From positions 10,558-34,557 of the forward strand of contig JAKVAV010000016.1 in NCBI GenBank assembly GCA_022448105.1: a stretch of DNA of 24,000 nucleotides. The letters run 5' to 3'. Positions 15,345 to 23,620 of the stretch are shown here, piece after piece. The notes below the pieces were generated by a model, which was not told the DNA's origin, searched no databases, and saw only the letters and a list, made by a program, of their open reading frames with translations. Each line of letters starts with the position of its first letter. Positions within the stretch are counted from its first letter, which is position 1. Origin of the DNA: Flavobacteriales bacterium. GTDB taxonomy: Bacteria > Bacteroidota > Bacteroidia > Flavobacteriales_D > Cryomorphaceae. A program made the position numbers and the translations under genes.

Positions 15345-17360
15345 TCAATCTAAGAGATTTTTATCCACCTTATTTGGCAATGTCACCTTCAATTTTGGCT
15401 CCTCGTTCATTGCTCGTTTAATTGCGAAAATGGCTTCGTCATTTCGTGCCCAACTTCTGCGAGCGATTCCGTTATTGACATCCCAGTGAAGCATGCTTTT
15501 AAGTCGTTCTTCGCTTTCATGACTTCCGTCAAGAAGCATCCCGAAGCCTCCGTTCATTACTTCTCCCCAGCCTACGCCACCTCCGTTATGGAGACTGATC
15601 CAAGTAGCTCCTCTAAAAGAATCACCCACAAAGTTCTGAACCGCCATGTCAGCTGTGAATTGAGATCCGTCATAAATATTGCTCGTTTCCCGATAAGGTG
15701 AATCGGTGCCCGAAACATCGTGGTGATCTCTTCCTAAAATTACTGGTCCTATTTCTCTATTGGCTATGGCGTCATTAAATGCTTTGGCAATTTTGATTCT
15801 CCCTTCTGCATCGGCGTAGAGGATTCGGGCTTTTGAACCTACCACCATTTTATTTTCACCAGCCGCCTTGATCCAGCGAATATTGTCGGCCATTTGCTGT
15901 TGAATTTCTACAGGGCTATCAACCATAATATGCTCCAAAACTTGAGCTGCTATCTCATCAGTTTTTTTCAGATCAGCATCTTTTCCTGAAGCACAAACCC
16001 AACGGAAGGGGCCAAATCCGTAATCAAAACACATCGGTCCCATGATATCCTGAACATAAGATGAGTACTTGAATGACTTACCATCGTCCGCCATAACATC
16101 CGCACCTGCTCTTCCTGCTTCGAGCAGAAAGGCGTTCCCATAATCAAAAAAGTAAGTTCCGTTTCCTGCATGTTTATTTATGGCCGCGGCTTGTCTTTTA
16201 AGACTTTGCTGTACCAATTCATGAAAATGATCGGGATTTTCAACCATCATGTTATTGGATTCTTCGTAGGACAGCCCCGCAGGATAGTAACCACCGGCCC
16301 AAGGGTTGTGTAGAGATGTCTGGTCTGATCCCAGTTCTACCGAAATACCCTCTTCATAAAATTGCTCCCAAACGTCTACCGTATTCCCTAAATAAGCGAT
16401 GGAAACAACTTCTTTATTTGCCTTGGCTTCTTTCACTCGTTTTACCAACGATGGCATATCTGTTATAACCTCATCTACCCATCCTTGTTCGTGTCTTTTG
16501 TAAGCTGCCTTTGGATTAATTTCCGAGGTTACTGAAACGCATCCAGCAATATTTCCAGCCTTTGGCTGAGCTCCGCTCATTCCGCCAAGTCCGCTCGTTA
16601 CAAAGAGCTTTCCCTCTAAACCCTCTCCATTTTTAGATATTTTTCGGCCAGCATTCAAAACGGTAATAGTAGTACCATGTACAATCCCTTGTGGTCCTAT
16701 ATACATGTATGATCCAGCGGTCATTTGCCCATATTGGGTTACGCCGAGCGCGTTGAATCTTTCCCAATCATCGGGTTTAGAATAATTTGGTATCATCATT
16801 CCATTTGTGACGACTACCCGAGGTGCTTTCTTATTTGATGGAAAAAGACCGAGAGGATGGCCGCTGTACATGACCAAGGTTTGATCGTCAGTCATCTCGG
16901 AGAGGTACTTCATGGTCAACCTATACTGCGCCCAGTTTTGAAAAACACCTCCGTTTCCACCGTATGTAATTAGTTCATGAGGGTGCTGAGCAACAGCAGG
17001 GTCAAGATTGTTTTGAATCATAAGCATGATGGCTGCAGCTTGCTGGCACTTTGCTGGATACTCAGAAATAGGTCTGGCGCACATTTGATAAGTAGGTCGA
17101 AATCTATACATGTAGATCCGTCCATAAGTCTTTAGCTCGCTGTAAAACTCAGGTGCAAGCTCTTCATGGAATTTTGGATCGAAGTATCTCAATGCATTCT
17201 CTACAGCTAGCTGCTTTTCACTTTTATCTAAAATATCTTTTCGCTTCGGAGCATGATTTACATCTGCGGCGTAGGGCCGAACGGGAGGCAAGCTGCTTGG
17301 GATTCCCTCAGCAATAGCCTCTTTAAAATTTGTAATTCCGGGTTTTACTTCCACTTCCAT
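15345..17360 (-). CDS. hutU: Urocanate hydratase (long form)
   Basis: 671 aa. 'ITYGGNGGVFQNW', 'GQMTAGSYMYIGPQGIVHGT', 'FVTSGLGGMSGAQPKA' (NAD-binding) and 'GRDHHDVSGTDSPYRETSNI' are characteristic urocanase blocks across the full length. Confidence 0.9.
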   Translation of the reverse strand: MEVEVKPGITNFKEAIAEGIPSSLPPVRPYAADVNHAPKRKDILDKSEKQLAVENALRYFDPKFHEELAPEFYSELKTYGRIYMYRFRPTYQMCARPISEYPAKCQQAAAIMLMIQNNLDPAVAQHPHELITYGGNGGVFQNWAQYRLTMKYLSEMTDDQTLVMYSGHPLGLFPSNKKAPRVVVTNGMMIPNYSKPDDWERFNALGVTQYGQMTAGSYMYIGPQGIVHGTTITVLNAGRKISKNGEGLEGKLFVTSGLGGMSGAQPKAGNIAGCVSVTSEINPKAAYKRHEQGWVDEVITDMPSLVKRVKEAKANKEVVSIAYLGNTVDVWEQFYEEGISVELGSDQTSLHNPWAGGYYPAGLSYEESNNMMVENPDHFHELVQQSLKRQAAAINKHAGNGTYFFDYGNAFLLEAGRAGADVMADDGKSFKYSSYVQDIMGPMCFDYGFGPFRWVCASGKDADLKKTDEIAAQVLEHIMVDSPVEIQQQMADNIRWIKAAGENKMVVGSKARILYADAEGRIKIAKAFNDAIANREIGPVILGRDHHDVSGTDSPYRETSNIYDGSQFTADMAVQNFVGDSFRGATWISLHNGGGVGWGEVMNGGFGMLLDGSHESEERLKSMLHWDVNNGIARRSWARNDEAIFAIKRAMNEEPKLKVTLPNKVDKNLLD

Positions 17361-17362
17361 TT

Positions 17363-17560
17363 TTATTTTTTAATAAATCCTCCTTTACTCTTATCAAATC
17401 CATACGGACAATGTTTACAACCATTTTGACAGCAGTAGCCCCTTTTGAGCAAATACTTCGCTGTGAAAACAATGTAGCCTTCTTTACTATAGTAATAATC
17501 GTCTTTATCTAAATCATTGTTTTTACCAAAACCTGAAAACATGTGCACAAATTTCGTCAT
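17363..17560 (-). CDS. Small Cys-rich protein (CCxxGCxxCPYG motif; resembles the DUF5522 family)
   Basis: 65 aa, 'MTKFVHMF...DDYYYSKEGYIVFTAKYLLKRGYCCQNGCKHCPYGFDK...'. The stop (17363-17365) lies 2 nt upstream of the hutU ATG (17358-17360). The family name is from memory of the motif and is not verified. Confidence 0.6.
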   Translation of the reverse strand: MTKFVHMFSGFGKNNDLDKDDYYYSKEGYIVFTAKYLLKRGYCCQNGCKHCPYGFDKSKGGFIKK

Positions 17561-17627
17561 TTTAGGGCAATCGACTGAAGACTCTCCTATCGATTTTGAT
17601 GGCTTATCTATCTCACTGGTATTTTAT

Positions 17628-17635
17628 TAGCTTTG
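17628..17635 (+). promoter_or_regulatory. Putative -7 promoter box (TAGCTTTG) for the polysaccharide locus
   Basis: Matches TAnnTTTG, about 20 nt upstream of the ATG at 17655, in the divergent intergenic region 17561-17654. Confidence 0.35.
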
Positions 17636-17654
17636 CACCCTTTGTCAGCGGGAA

Positions 17655-18470
17655 ATGGTAAAAGATTTAGACCAGTTTTTTGAACTCTTTGAGGCTGAGC
17701 TTCGCATGAACAGCGAGTTAACAGGGTACCATAGGTTCACAAATTCTGAGAAAATGTACGAATTCAGAAAAGCGTACATTAAGCAGAGAATCCAATACGT
17801 TGTGGACAGTGTCAGGAAATCTAATTCCAAAATTTGGGATGTAGGATGCGGATTTGGAACCACCAGTATTCTGCTGGCTCTTCTCGGTCACGAAGTAGTA
17901 GGAACAACTTTAGAATTTTATTATAACAGCATAGACGAGCGGATAAAATATTGGGAGCAGTACGGGGATTTATCCAAATTGAGTTTTGCATACGAGAATA
18001 TCTACACTCAAGATCATAAAGAGGATGAGTTCGATTATGTAATAGCCCAAGATACCTTGCATCATCTTGAACCATTTTCAGATGCAGTTCATATCATCTA
18101 CAAAACCCTCAAAAAAGGTGGTGAACTAATTGCGGTAGAAGAAAATGGGGATAATGTAATCAACAATGCAAAGAACTTTAAACGCAGAGGTTTTAAAAGG
18201 GTAACCACCTTTTATGACGAGAAACTAGGGCAAAACATTTCATTTGGTGACGAGAATACTCGAAATCTTGAAAAGTGGAAGAAAGAATTCTCTGTAGCTC
18301 CATTCAATTTTATTGATGATAGTGTCGAGTACGTTCGCTTTTATTGGCCGAGAGCGTATAGAAGACATTCCGTTGAAGAGATTCTTGAAAAGGAGAAAAG
18401 GTTATGGAAAAAAAGTGCTTGGAGAAGAAAGTACCTCTTTTTCGGTTTAAATTTCAGAGTCCAGAAATAA
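17655..18470 (+). CDS. Class I SAM-dependent methyltransferase
   Basis: 271 aa. Motif I is 'IWDVGCGFGTTSILLALLGHEVVGTTLE', the post-I/II motifs are 'FDYVIAQDTLHHL', and motif III is 'LKKGGELIAVE'. It lies 8 nt upstream of the GT4 gene. Confidence 0.75.
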   Translation: MVKDLDQFFELFEAELRMNSELTGYHRFTNSEKMYEFRKAYIKQRIQYVVDSVRKSNSKIWDVGCGFGTTSILLALLGHEVVGTTLEFYYNSIDERIKYWEQYGDLSKLSFAYENIYTQDHKEDEFDYVIAQDTLHHLEPFSDAVHIIYKTLKKGGELIAVEENGDNVINNAKNFKRRGFKRVTTFYDEKLGQNISFGDENTRNLEKWKKEFSVAPFNFIDDSVEYVRFYWPRAYRRHSVEEILEKEKRLWKKSAWRRKYLFFGLNFRVQK

Positions 18471-18478
18471 TTTTTTAG

Positions 18479-19603
18479 ATGCGAATTGCTGTAAATACCC
18501 GCCTTTTACTCAAAGGAAAGATGGAGGGTATTGGATGGTTTTCATACGAAACCCTTTCGCGTATTACCCAGTCTCACCCTGAAGTTGAGTTCATTTTTAT
18601 TTTTGACCGTAAGCCTTCAAGCGACTTCATTTTTTCAGAAAACGTTAAGGCAGTTGTGGTTCATCCTCAGGCTAGACATCCATTTTTATGGTATCTCTTT
18701 TTTGAGTTTGGAGTCAAAAGAGCATTGGATAAATACAAGCCAGATCTTTTCCTTTCACCAGATGGTTGGCTGTCTCTTCGTTCAAACATTGCTCAACTTG
18801 CGGTCATACATGATCTGAACTTTGAGGAGCATCCAGAATTTATAGAACCTCTTGTTCTGCGCTACTACCGCTGGTTTTTTCCGCGTTTTGCCAAGAAGGC
18901 AAAAAGGGTAGTAACGGTTTCAAATTACACTAAACAAGACATTGTGACTCGATATGGCATCGATAAAAATTTAATCGATGTTGTATACAATGGTGTAAAT
19001 GATCGATTTCTGCCTTTGAGTGAAGAAGGTATAAGAACGGTTAGGAAAAAGTATTCTAAAGGTGATCCCTACCTTCTTTTTGTGGGACTTATTCACCCTA
19101 GAAAAAATCTTAAAAATCAACTCCGAGCGTTCCTGAAGATGAAAGAAGAGACTGGCAGCAATTTGAAGTACCTCATTGTTGGGGCAAAATATTCCTGGGA
19201 AAAGGAGTTAGACGAATTGCTTGAGAGCTCGATTTATGGAAAGGACGTCATCGTTCTTGGAAGACAAGGATTAAACCAACTTATCGAACTATACGGAGCC
19301 GCTTTCGCGTTGACATACGTGAGCTATTTCGAAGGGTTTGGTATTCCAATTGTCGAAGCGATGAAGTCTGGGATTCCAGTGATTACGTCAAACACCTCCT
19401 CTATGCCGGAAATAACAGGAAAATCAGGGCTTTTAGTTTCCCCCGATTCAGTGGATGAAATTGCTCGAGCAATGAAAGATCTTTGGCAAGATACACAGCT
19501 AAGAGAGCAATTAGTGAGTAGCGGAATAAAAAGAGCAGAAGACTACTCATGGGATAAAGCGGCCCAAGGGTTGTTTAGTTCAATACAGAAAGCACTCGTT
19601 TAG
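18479..19603 (+). CDS. Glycosyltransferase family 4 (GT-B, GT1/GT4 clan)
   Basis: 374 aa. The C-terminal 'YVSYFEGFGIPIVEAMKSGIPVITSNTSSMPEITG' is the E-x7-E-type retaining GT4 signature region. 'PYLLFVGLIHPRKN' is typical of the start of the second Rossmann domain. Confidence 0.85.
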   Translation: MRIAVNTRLLLKGKMEGIGWFSYETLSRITQSHPEVEFIFIFDRKPSSDFIFSENVKAVVVHPQARHPFLWYLFFEFGVKRALDKYKPDLFLSPDGWLSLRSNIAQLAVIHDLNFEEHPEFIEPLVLRYYRWFFPRFAKKAKRVVTVSNYTKQDIVTRYGIDKNLIDVVYNGVNDRFLPLSEEGIRTVRKKYSKGDPYLLFVGLIHPRKNLKNQLRAFLKMKEETGSNLKYLIVGAKYSWEKELDELLESSIYGKDVIVLGRQGLNQLIELYGAAFALTYVSYFEGFGIPIVEAMKSGIPVITSNTSSMPEITGKSGLLVSPDSVDEIARAMKDLWQDTQLREQLVSSGIKRAEDYSWDKAAQGLFSSIQKALV

Positions 19604-19711
19604 AATATTGGTTAATCCCTTTTTACAAACATTGATAATCAGACGGTTCAAAAAATCAATCTCTTTGTTTGACTCTTTTTTTTGTATCGTTGTGCTGTTT
19701 GATTGCTGGAG

Positions 19712-21157
19712 ATGCAAAGAAAATTTCTATCGAATTTAGGGCTCATTTTATTGTTAAACCTTTTGGTTAAACCCTTTTATATTCTGGGTATTGATGCCGA
19801 GGTTCAAAATAGGGTGGGTAAAGAGAATTACGGTCTTTATCTGGGGCTAATTTCTTTGAGTTTTATCTTCAATATGCTCATTGATCTGGGTATCAATAAT
19901 TTTAACAATAACAACATATCCAAAAACACCCAGTTGGTGTCCAAGCATTTCTCAAAACTATTGAGCATCAAATCTGCCCTTGCCTTGGGATATGCCTTGA
20001 TTACCTTGCTGGTTGGCTGGATATTGGACTATAGAGGTTTTGCTTTTCACTTGCTCATTTTCCTTAGTTTTAATCAAATACTGGTTTCTTTTATCCTTTT
20101 TGGGAGGTCAAATTTGGCAGCTCTCCATAGATTTAAAGCAGACAGTATTGTATCGGTGCTCGATAGATCTCTTTTGGTTATTTTCTGCAGCATTATTCTA
20201 TTTGGGAATCTCACAGAGTCTGAGTTCAGGATAGAGTGGTTTGTATATCTCCAAACAACCACTTACGCTATCACATTGGTCACTCTTGTGCTGATGCTTA
20301 GGCCCAACATCGGCAGCATAAGGTGGCACCTCGATATTCCTTTTTCCATCAATATTTTTAAGAAAAGTCTTCCTTATGCCACGTTCATGATTATTGGTAG
20401 TCTTTACAACCGCCTTGATGGTATCATGCTGGAGAAAATAGGTCCGCTCGGAAGCGTTTCTGCTGGAGAATACGCACAAGGATTTAGATTCTTTGAGGCG
20501 GCCTCCATGTTTGCTTATCTGTTTGCTGTTTTGCTTCTGCCGATCTATTCCAGAATGATAAAGCAAAATGAAGATGTAAAGCCAATAGTTGAAACGGCTA
20601 CCAGATTGCTCATCGGCGCGGGGCTTGCTGGGGCCATCCTGTTTTTCTTTCACTCGGATTTTGTTCTGCAATGGCGATATCCAGATGTATCTCAAAACTC
20701 CATCTACGCTTTCTCGGCCCTCATGATTGGGTTTGTTGGGGTTGGCCTTTTTTATGTTTACGGCACTTTGATGACTGCAAACGAAAACCTCCGGATGTTA
20801 AATCAGATTTCGATTGGAGGATTAGTAATAAATCTCTGCCTGAATTTTTACTTGATTCCGACGCATGGAGCTTTTGGAGCAGCTATTGCCACCATGGCCA
20901 CACAGTTATTTGCCGGAATAGCCCAATTATGTTTTGTGGTCAAGACATTCAAATTCAGAGCCAATTACTCTTTGATATTGCAGATGGTTAGTTTTGTGAT
21001 CCTTACCGTTGGGGTAAATTTCGTTTTGGACGACCATACCTCGCTAAATGACTTTGATAGATTTGCGATTTCAACCTTATCAGCCGCTATCCTCCTGTTT
21101 TTAACAGGCCTGTTCTCAGTAAGAAAGATAATGGAAGTGTTGAAGTATTCGGATTAA
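19712..21157 (+). CDS. Wzx-like oligosaccharide flippase (MOP superfamily polysaccharide biosynthesis protein)
   Basis: About 481 aa from the ATG at 19712 (the ORF track uses the TTG at 19703). It is a highly hydrophobic polytopic protein of about 12-14 TM segments with the usual basic loops, in a glycosyltransferase/Wzy context. Internal and antisense ORFs (20013..20234, 20198..20695, 20671..20991) are judged spurious. Confidence 0.7.
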   Translation: MQRKFLSNLGLILLLNLLVKPFYILGIDAEVQNRVGKENYGLYLGLISLSFIFNMLIDLGINNFNNNNISKNTQLVSKHFSKLLSIKSALALGYALITLLVGWILDYRGFAFHLLIFLSFNQILVSFILFGRSNLAALHRFKADSIVSVLDRSLLVIFCSIILFGNLTESEFRIEWFVYLQTTTYAITLVTLVLMLRPNIGSIRWHLDIPFSINIFKKSLPYATFMIIGSLYNRLDGIMLEKIGPLGSVSAGEYAQGFRFFEAASMFAYLFAVLLLPIYSRMIKQNEDVKPIVETATRLLIGAGLAGAILFFFHSDFVLQWRYPDVSQNSIYAFSALMIGFVGVGLFYVYGTLMTANENLRMLNQISIGGLVINLCLNFYLIPTHGAFGAAIATMATQLFAGIAQLCFVVKTFKFRANYSLILQMVSFVILTVGVNFVLDDHTSLNDFDRFAISTLSAAILLFLTGLFSVRKIMEVLKYSD

Positions 21158-21179
21158 ATTTCCGAAGATCTAATATTGC

Positions 21180-21187
21180 TACTTTTG
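21180..21187 (+). promoter_or_regulatory. Putative internal -7 promoter box (TACTTTTG)
   Basis: Matches TAnnTTTG, about 29 nt upstream of the ATG at 21216. The octamer is identical to the one at 899-906. Confidence 0.3.
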
Positions 21188-21215
21188 TCGCGTTTTAACT
21201 CAAAATGAAATTTGA

Positions 21216-22157
21216 ATGGAATCCAATTCTTTTGATTTTAAATGGTTGATTGGAATAGTTAGAGAAAACTTCAAGCTTTTCTTAATTGTGGGATTTCTCT
21301 CGGCAATTGCCGGGGTAGTGGTGTCTTTACCGATATTCATGACACCGAAGTTTAAGAGCACAGCGGTTGTGTATCCGGCAAATGTTGGCGTATATAGTGA
21401 GGAATCTCAAACTGAGCAAATGCTCCAGTACTTTGAGGCTTCATCTATTCGTGATTCTATAATTGAGAAGTTTGATCTTTATAACGTTTATGAGATCGAG
21501 GAGGGTAGTTCAAATTCGAGATTTTATATTCTTGAAGAGTACCGAGATAATGTTCGCGTTTCTAAGACGAAGTACGAATCTATACTTCTAGAGGTTATTT
21601 CTGAAGATCCAGAATTGGCAAGCAATATAGCGGATGAGATTTTGCTTCAAGTTAATTTGAAGTATGATATGCTCATGAATACTCGTTTTGAAGGAATTGT
21701 TGAGGCTTATGAGAAGCAAATGAACTATCAAAGAGTAGTAATAGATAGCCTCGAGTCTTTAATTGCCAAAATCAGTACTGAGAATGATGTCCTGGATTAC
21801 GGCAGCCAAACGCGAGAATTGGTGAGAGGATATGTTGATGTATTGTCGAGGTCGGGTAGTTCAGGAATTAATGACGATTTGCAAAAGCTGCTGACGAATA
21901 CCCAAGAAAAGGGGAGTCTAATCAAGATGCTTCAAAACCTGAGCTACATGGCTACGGTGCAGCATAGTGAGTTATCGGCGAAATACCTTGAAAATAAGGT
22001 TTTTCATGAAGCAGACTTGCAATTCACTGATGTAATTGTTGAACCTGAGATTGCAGATAAAAAGTTTTGGCCTGTGAGATGGCTGGTATTGGTAATTGTG
22101 GTTGTTTCTTCCCTCTTGTTCACTCTCGTTGGTATTCTTTTGTTCAAAAAGGCCTAA
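21216..22157 (+). CDS. Wzz-like polysaccharide chain-length-determinant (PCP) protein
   Basis: 313 aa with the PCP topology: an N-terminal TM ('FKLFLIVGFLSAIAGVVVSLPIF') followed by 'PKFKSTAVVYP', a long helical or coiled soluble region, and a C-terminal TM ('WLVLVIVVVSSLLFTLVGILLF'). Confidence 0.6.
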   Translation: MESNSFDFKWLIGIVRENFKLFLIVGFLSAIAGVVVSLPIFMTPKFKSTAVVYPANVGVYSEESQTEQMLQYFEASSIRDSIIEKFDLYNVYEIEEGSSNSRFYILEEYRDNVRVSKTKYESILLEVISEDPELASNIADEILLQVNLKYDMLMNTRFEGIVEAYEKQMNYQRVVIDSLESLIAKISTENDVLDYGSQTRELVRGYVDVLSRSGSSGINDDLQKLLTNTQEKGSLIKMLQNLSYMATVQHSELSAKYLENKVFHEADLQFTDVIVEPEIADKKFWPVRWLVLVIVVVSSLLFTLVGILLFKKA

Positions 22158-22159
22158 AA

Positions 22160-23620
22160 TTGGCTAGTTCTCTCAAAATAGAAGGGCTAGAAAGAGCCTT
22201 GCTTATCCTCGGATCTCTCCTTTTTACTGTGTTGTGTGGAGTAGCAATTACACTTGATAATTACACGCTCTGCTTCCTTCCAATTTTGGTTTTTGGAGGT
22301 TATTTATTGCTTTACCATACTCAACAGCTATTGCTCTTCATAGCATTAGCCACACCTCTATCATTCAATTTTGAAAACCTAGGTGCTTTTGGGGGAATTG
22401 GATTTTACTTTCCGACTGAACCCTTGTTATTCGGGTTAATGTTTTTGTACATTCTTAAAGTGCTTTCAGGGTATCGTGAGCGAAAAGAGTTGATGCGACA
22501 TCCGCTTACCGTAGCCATAGTATTCAACCTGATCTGGATCACTGTTGCCGTCTTTAATTCTGTGGACGTGGTCGTATCAGTTAAGTTTTTGATTTCGAGG
22601 TTGTGGTTTGTTTTGGTGATGTATTTTATGTTCAACTCCTACTTTGAGAATCGCTATTTAATAAAACAATTTTTTGTGACACTTATTTTCTCTATGGCTG
22701 TCACTATTCTATACACCATGATGATGCATGCAAGCCATGGATTTTCTGAGGAGTCTGGCCATTGGGTGATGTGGCCATTTTTTAAGGATCATACGTCATA
22801 CGGAGCCATTATCGCACTGCTTTTCCCAATGGTAGTCTTTCATTTCCGTAGGGCGAAGAAGCTAAGCATTGAACAATTTCTTTGGACCATTGCTCTTTCT
22901 ATTTTCTCTGCTGGACTCTTCCTTTCATACACTCGAGCTGCTTGGTTGAGTTTGGTTGGAGCTGTAGGGGTATATTTTTTGATCAAACTAAGAATAGATT
23001 ATAAACTTGTCGTTTTTACCATTTTTCTTCTCATTAGTGGCTTTTTTGCTTTTCAAGATCAGATTATACACGAACTTGAACGCAATCAGCAGGATTCGTC
23101 GGATAGTTTTGCCGAGCATGTTCAATCAATCACCAATATTAGCAGCGATGCATCAAATTTGGAAAGGCTGAATCGCTGGAACAGCGCATGGAAAATGTTT
23201 TTAGAAAAGCCCATTCTTGGTCATGGTCCGGGAACTTATATGTTTGAATATGCCCGGTATCAAAAAAGTTCGGATAAGACAATAATCTCAACCAATCAGG
23301 GCGATGGAGGAAATGCACACAGCGAATATTTAGGCCCCCTCTCAGAATCGGGGATCTTTGGTATGCTTACTATCCTGATCGTATTTATTGCCAGCTTAAA
23401 TACAGGGATCCGGCTTTACTATCAACTGGATCACGATATCTATCTGAAAGGAGTAGTTATGTGCATAGTGCTGGGATTAGTCACCTATTACCTTCACGGT
23501 ATTCTTAACAACTTTCTCGACACGGATAAGGCTTCCGTTCCCATATGGGGTTCTATGAGTGTATTGGTTGCTATTTCGATTTATCATCGAAAAAAATCAC
23601 TTAAATCTGCAGCAGAGTAA
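22160..23620 (+). CDS. O-antigen ligase / Wzy-like polymerase family membrane protein
   Basis: Polytopic. 'SYTRAAWLSLVGAVGVYFLI' followed by a large loop with 'GHGPGTYMFEY...GGNAHSEYLGPLSESGIFG' fits the Wzy_C/O-antigen-ligase domain. The start is uncertain: the TTG at 22160 (2 nt after the upstream stop) is preferred over the TTG at 22067 or the ATG at 22079, which would overlap the Wzz-like gene by 79-91 nt. Confidence 0.65.
   Translation: MASSLKIEGLERALLILGSLLFTVLCGVAITLDNYTLCFLPILVFGGYLLLYHTQQLLLFIALATPLSFNFENLGAFGGIGFYFPTEPLLFGLMFLYILKVLSGYRERKELMRHPLTVAIVFNLIWITVAVFNSVDVVVSVKFLISRLWFVLVMYFMFNSYFENRYLIKQFFVTLIFSMAVTILYTMMMHASHGFSEESGHWVMWPFFKDHTSYGAIIALLFPMVVFHFRRAKKLSIEQFLWTIALSIFSAGLFLSYTRAAWLSLVGAVGVYFLIKLRIDYKLVVFTIFLLISGFFAFQDQIIHELERNQQDSSDSFAEHVQSITNISSDASNLERLNRWNSAWKMFLEKPILGHGPGTYMFEYARYQKSSDKTIISTNQGDGGNAHSEYLGPLSESGIFGMLTILIVFIASLNTGIRLYYQLDHDIYLKGVVMCIVLGLVTYYLHGILNNFLDTDKASVPIWGSMSVLVAISIYHRKKSLKSAAE

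Noticed and set aside
20198-20695. A 165-aa minus-strand ORF, the longest antisense ORF in the window, inside the flippase gene.
   Set aside because: It lies antisense to a hydrophobic membrane-protein gene (T-rich codons give open antisense frames). It is Lys/Arg/Ser-rich with no recognisable domain or start context. The same reasoning applies to the other antisense and off-frame track ORFs: 947..1141, 2577..2786, 5047..5253, 5207..5407, 5864..6112, 6109..6414, 7019..7228, 7657..7902, 7775..7960, 8831..9169, 9184..9384, 9309..9557, 9395..9679, 9564..9803, 11146..11337, 11600..11827, 11787..12149, 12444..12638, 14617..14811, 15486..15701, 15968..16171, 17645..17863, 17821..18075, 18531..18818, 20013..20234, 20074..20262, 20671..20991, 22405..22635 and 23727..23939.
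22067-22159. Upstream start (TTG 22067 / ATG 22079) for the O-antigen-ligase-like gene.
   Set aside because: It would overlap the Wzz-like gene by 79-91 nt, and the extra residues ('MACEMAGIGNCGCFFPLVHSRWYSF') are simply the off-frame reading of that gene's C-terminal TM helix. I keep this only as an alternative because no ATG is available downstream.
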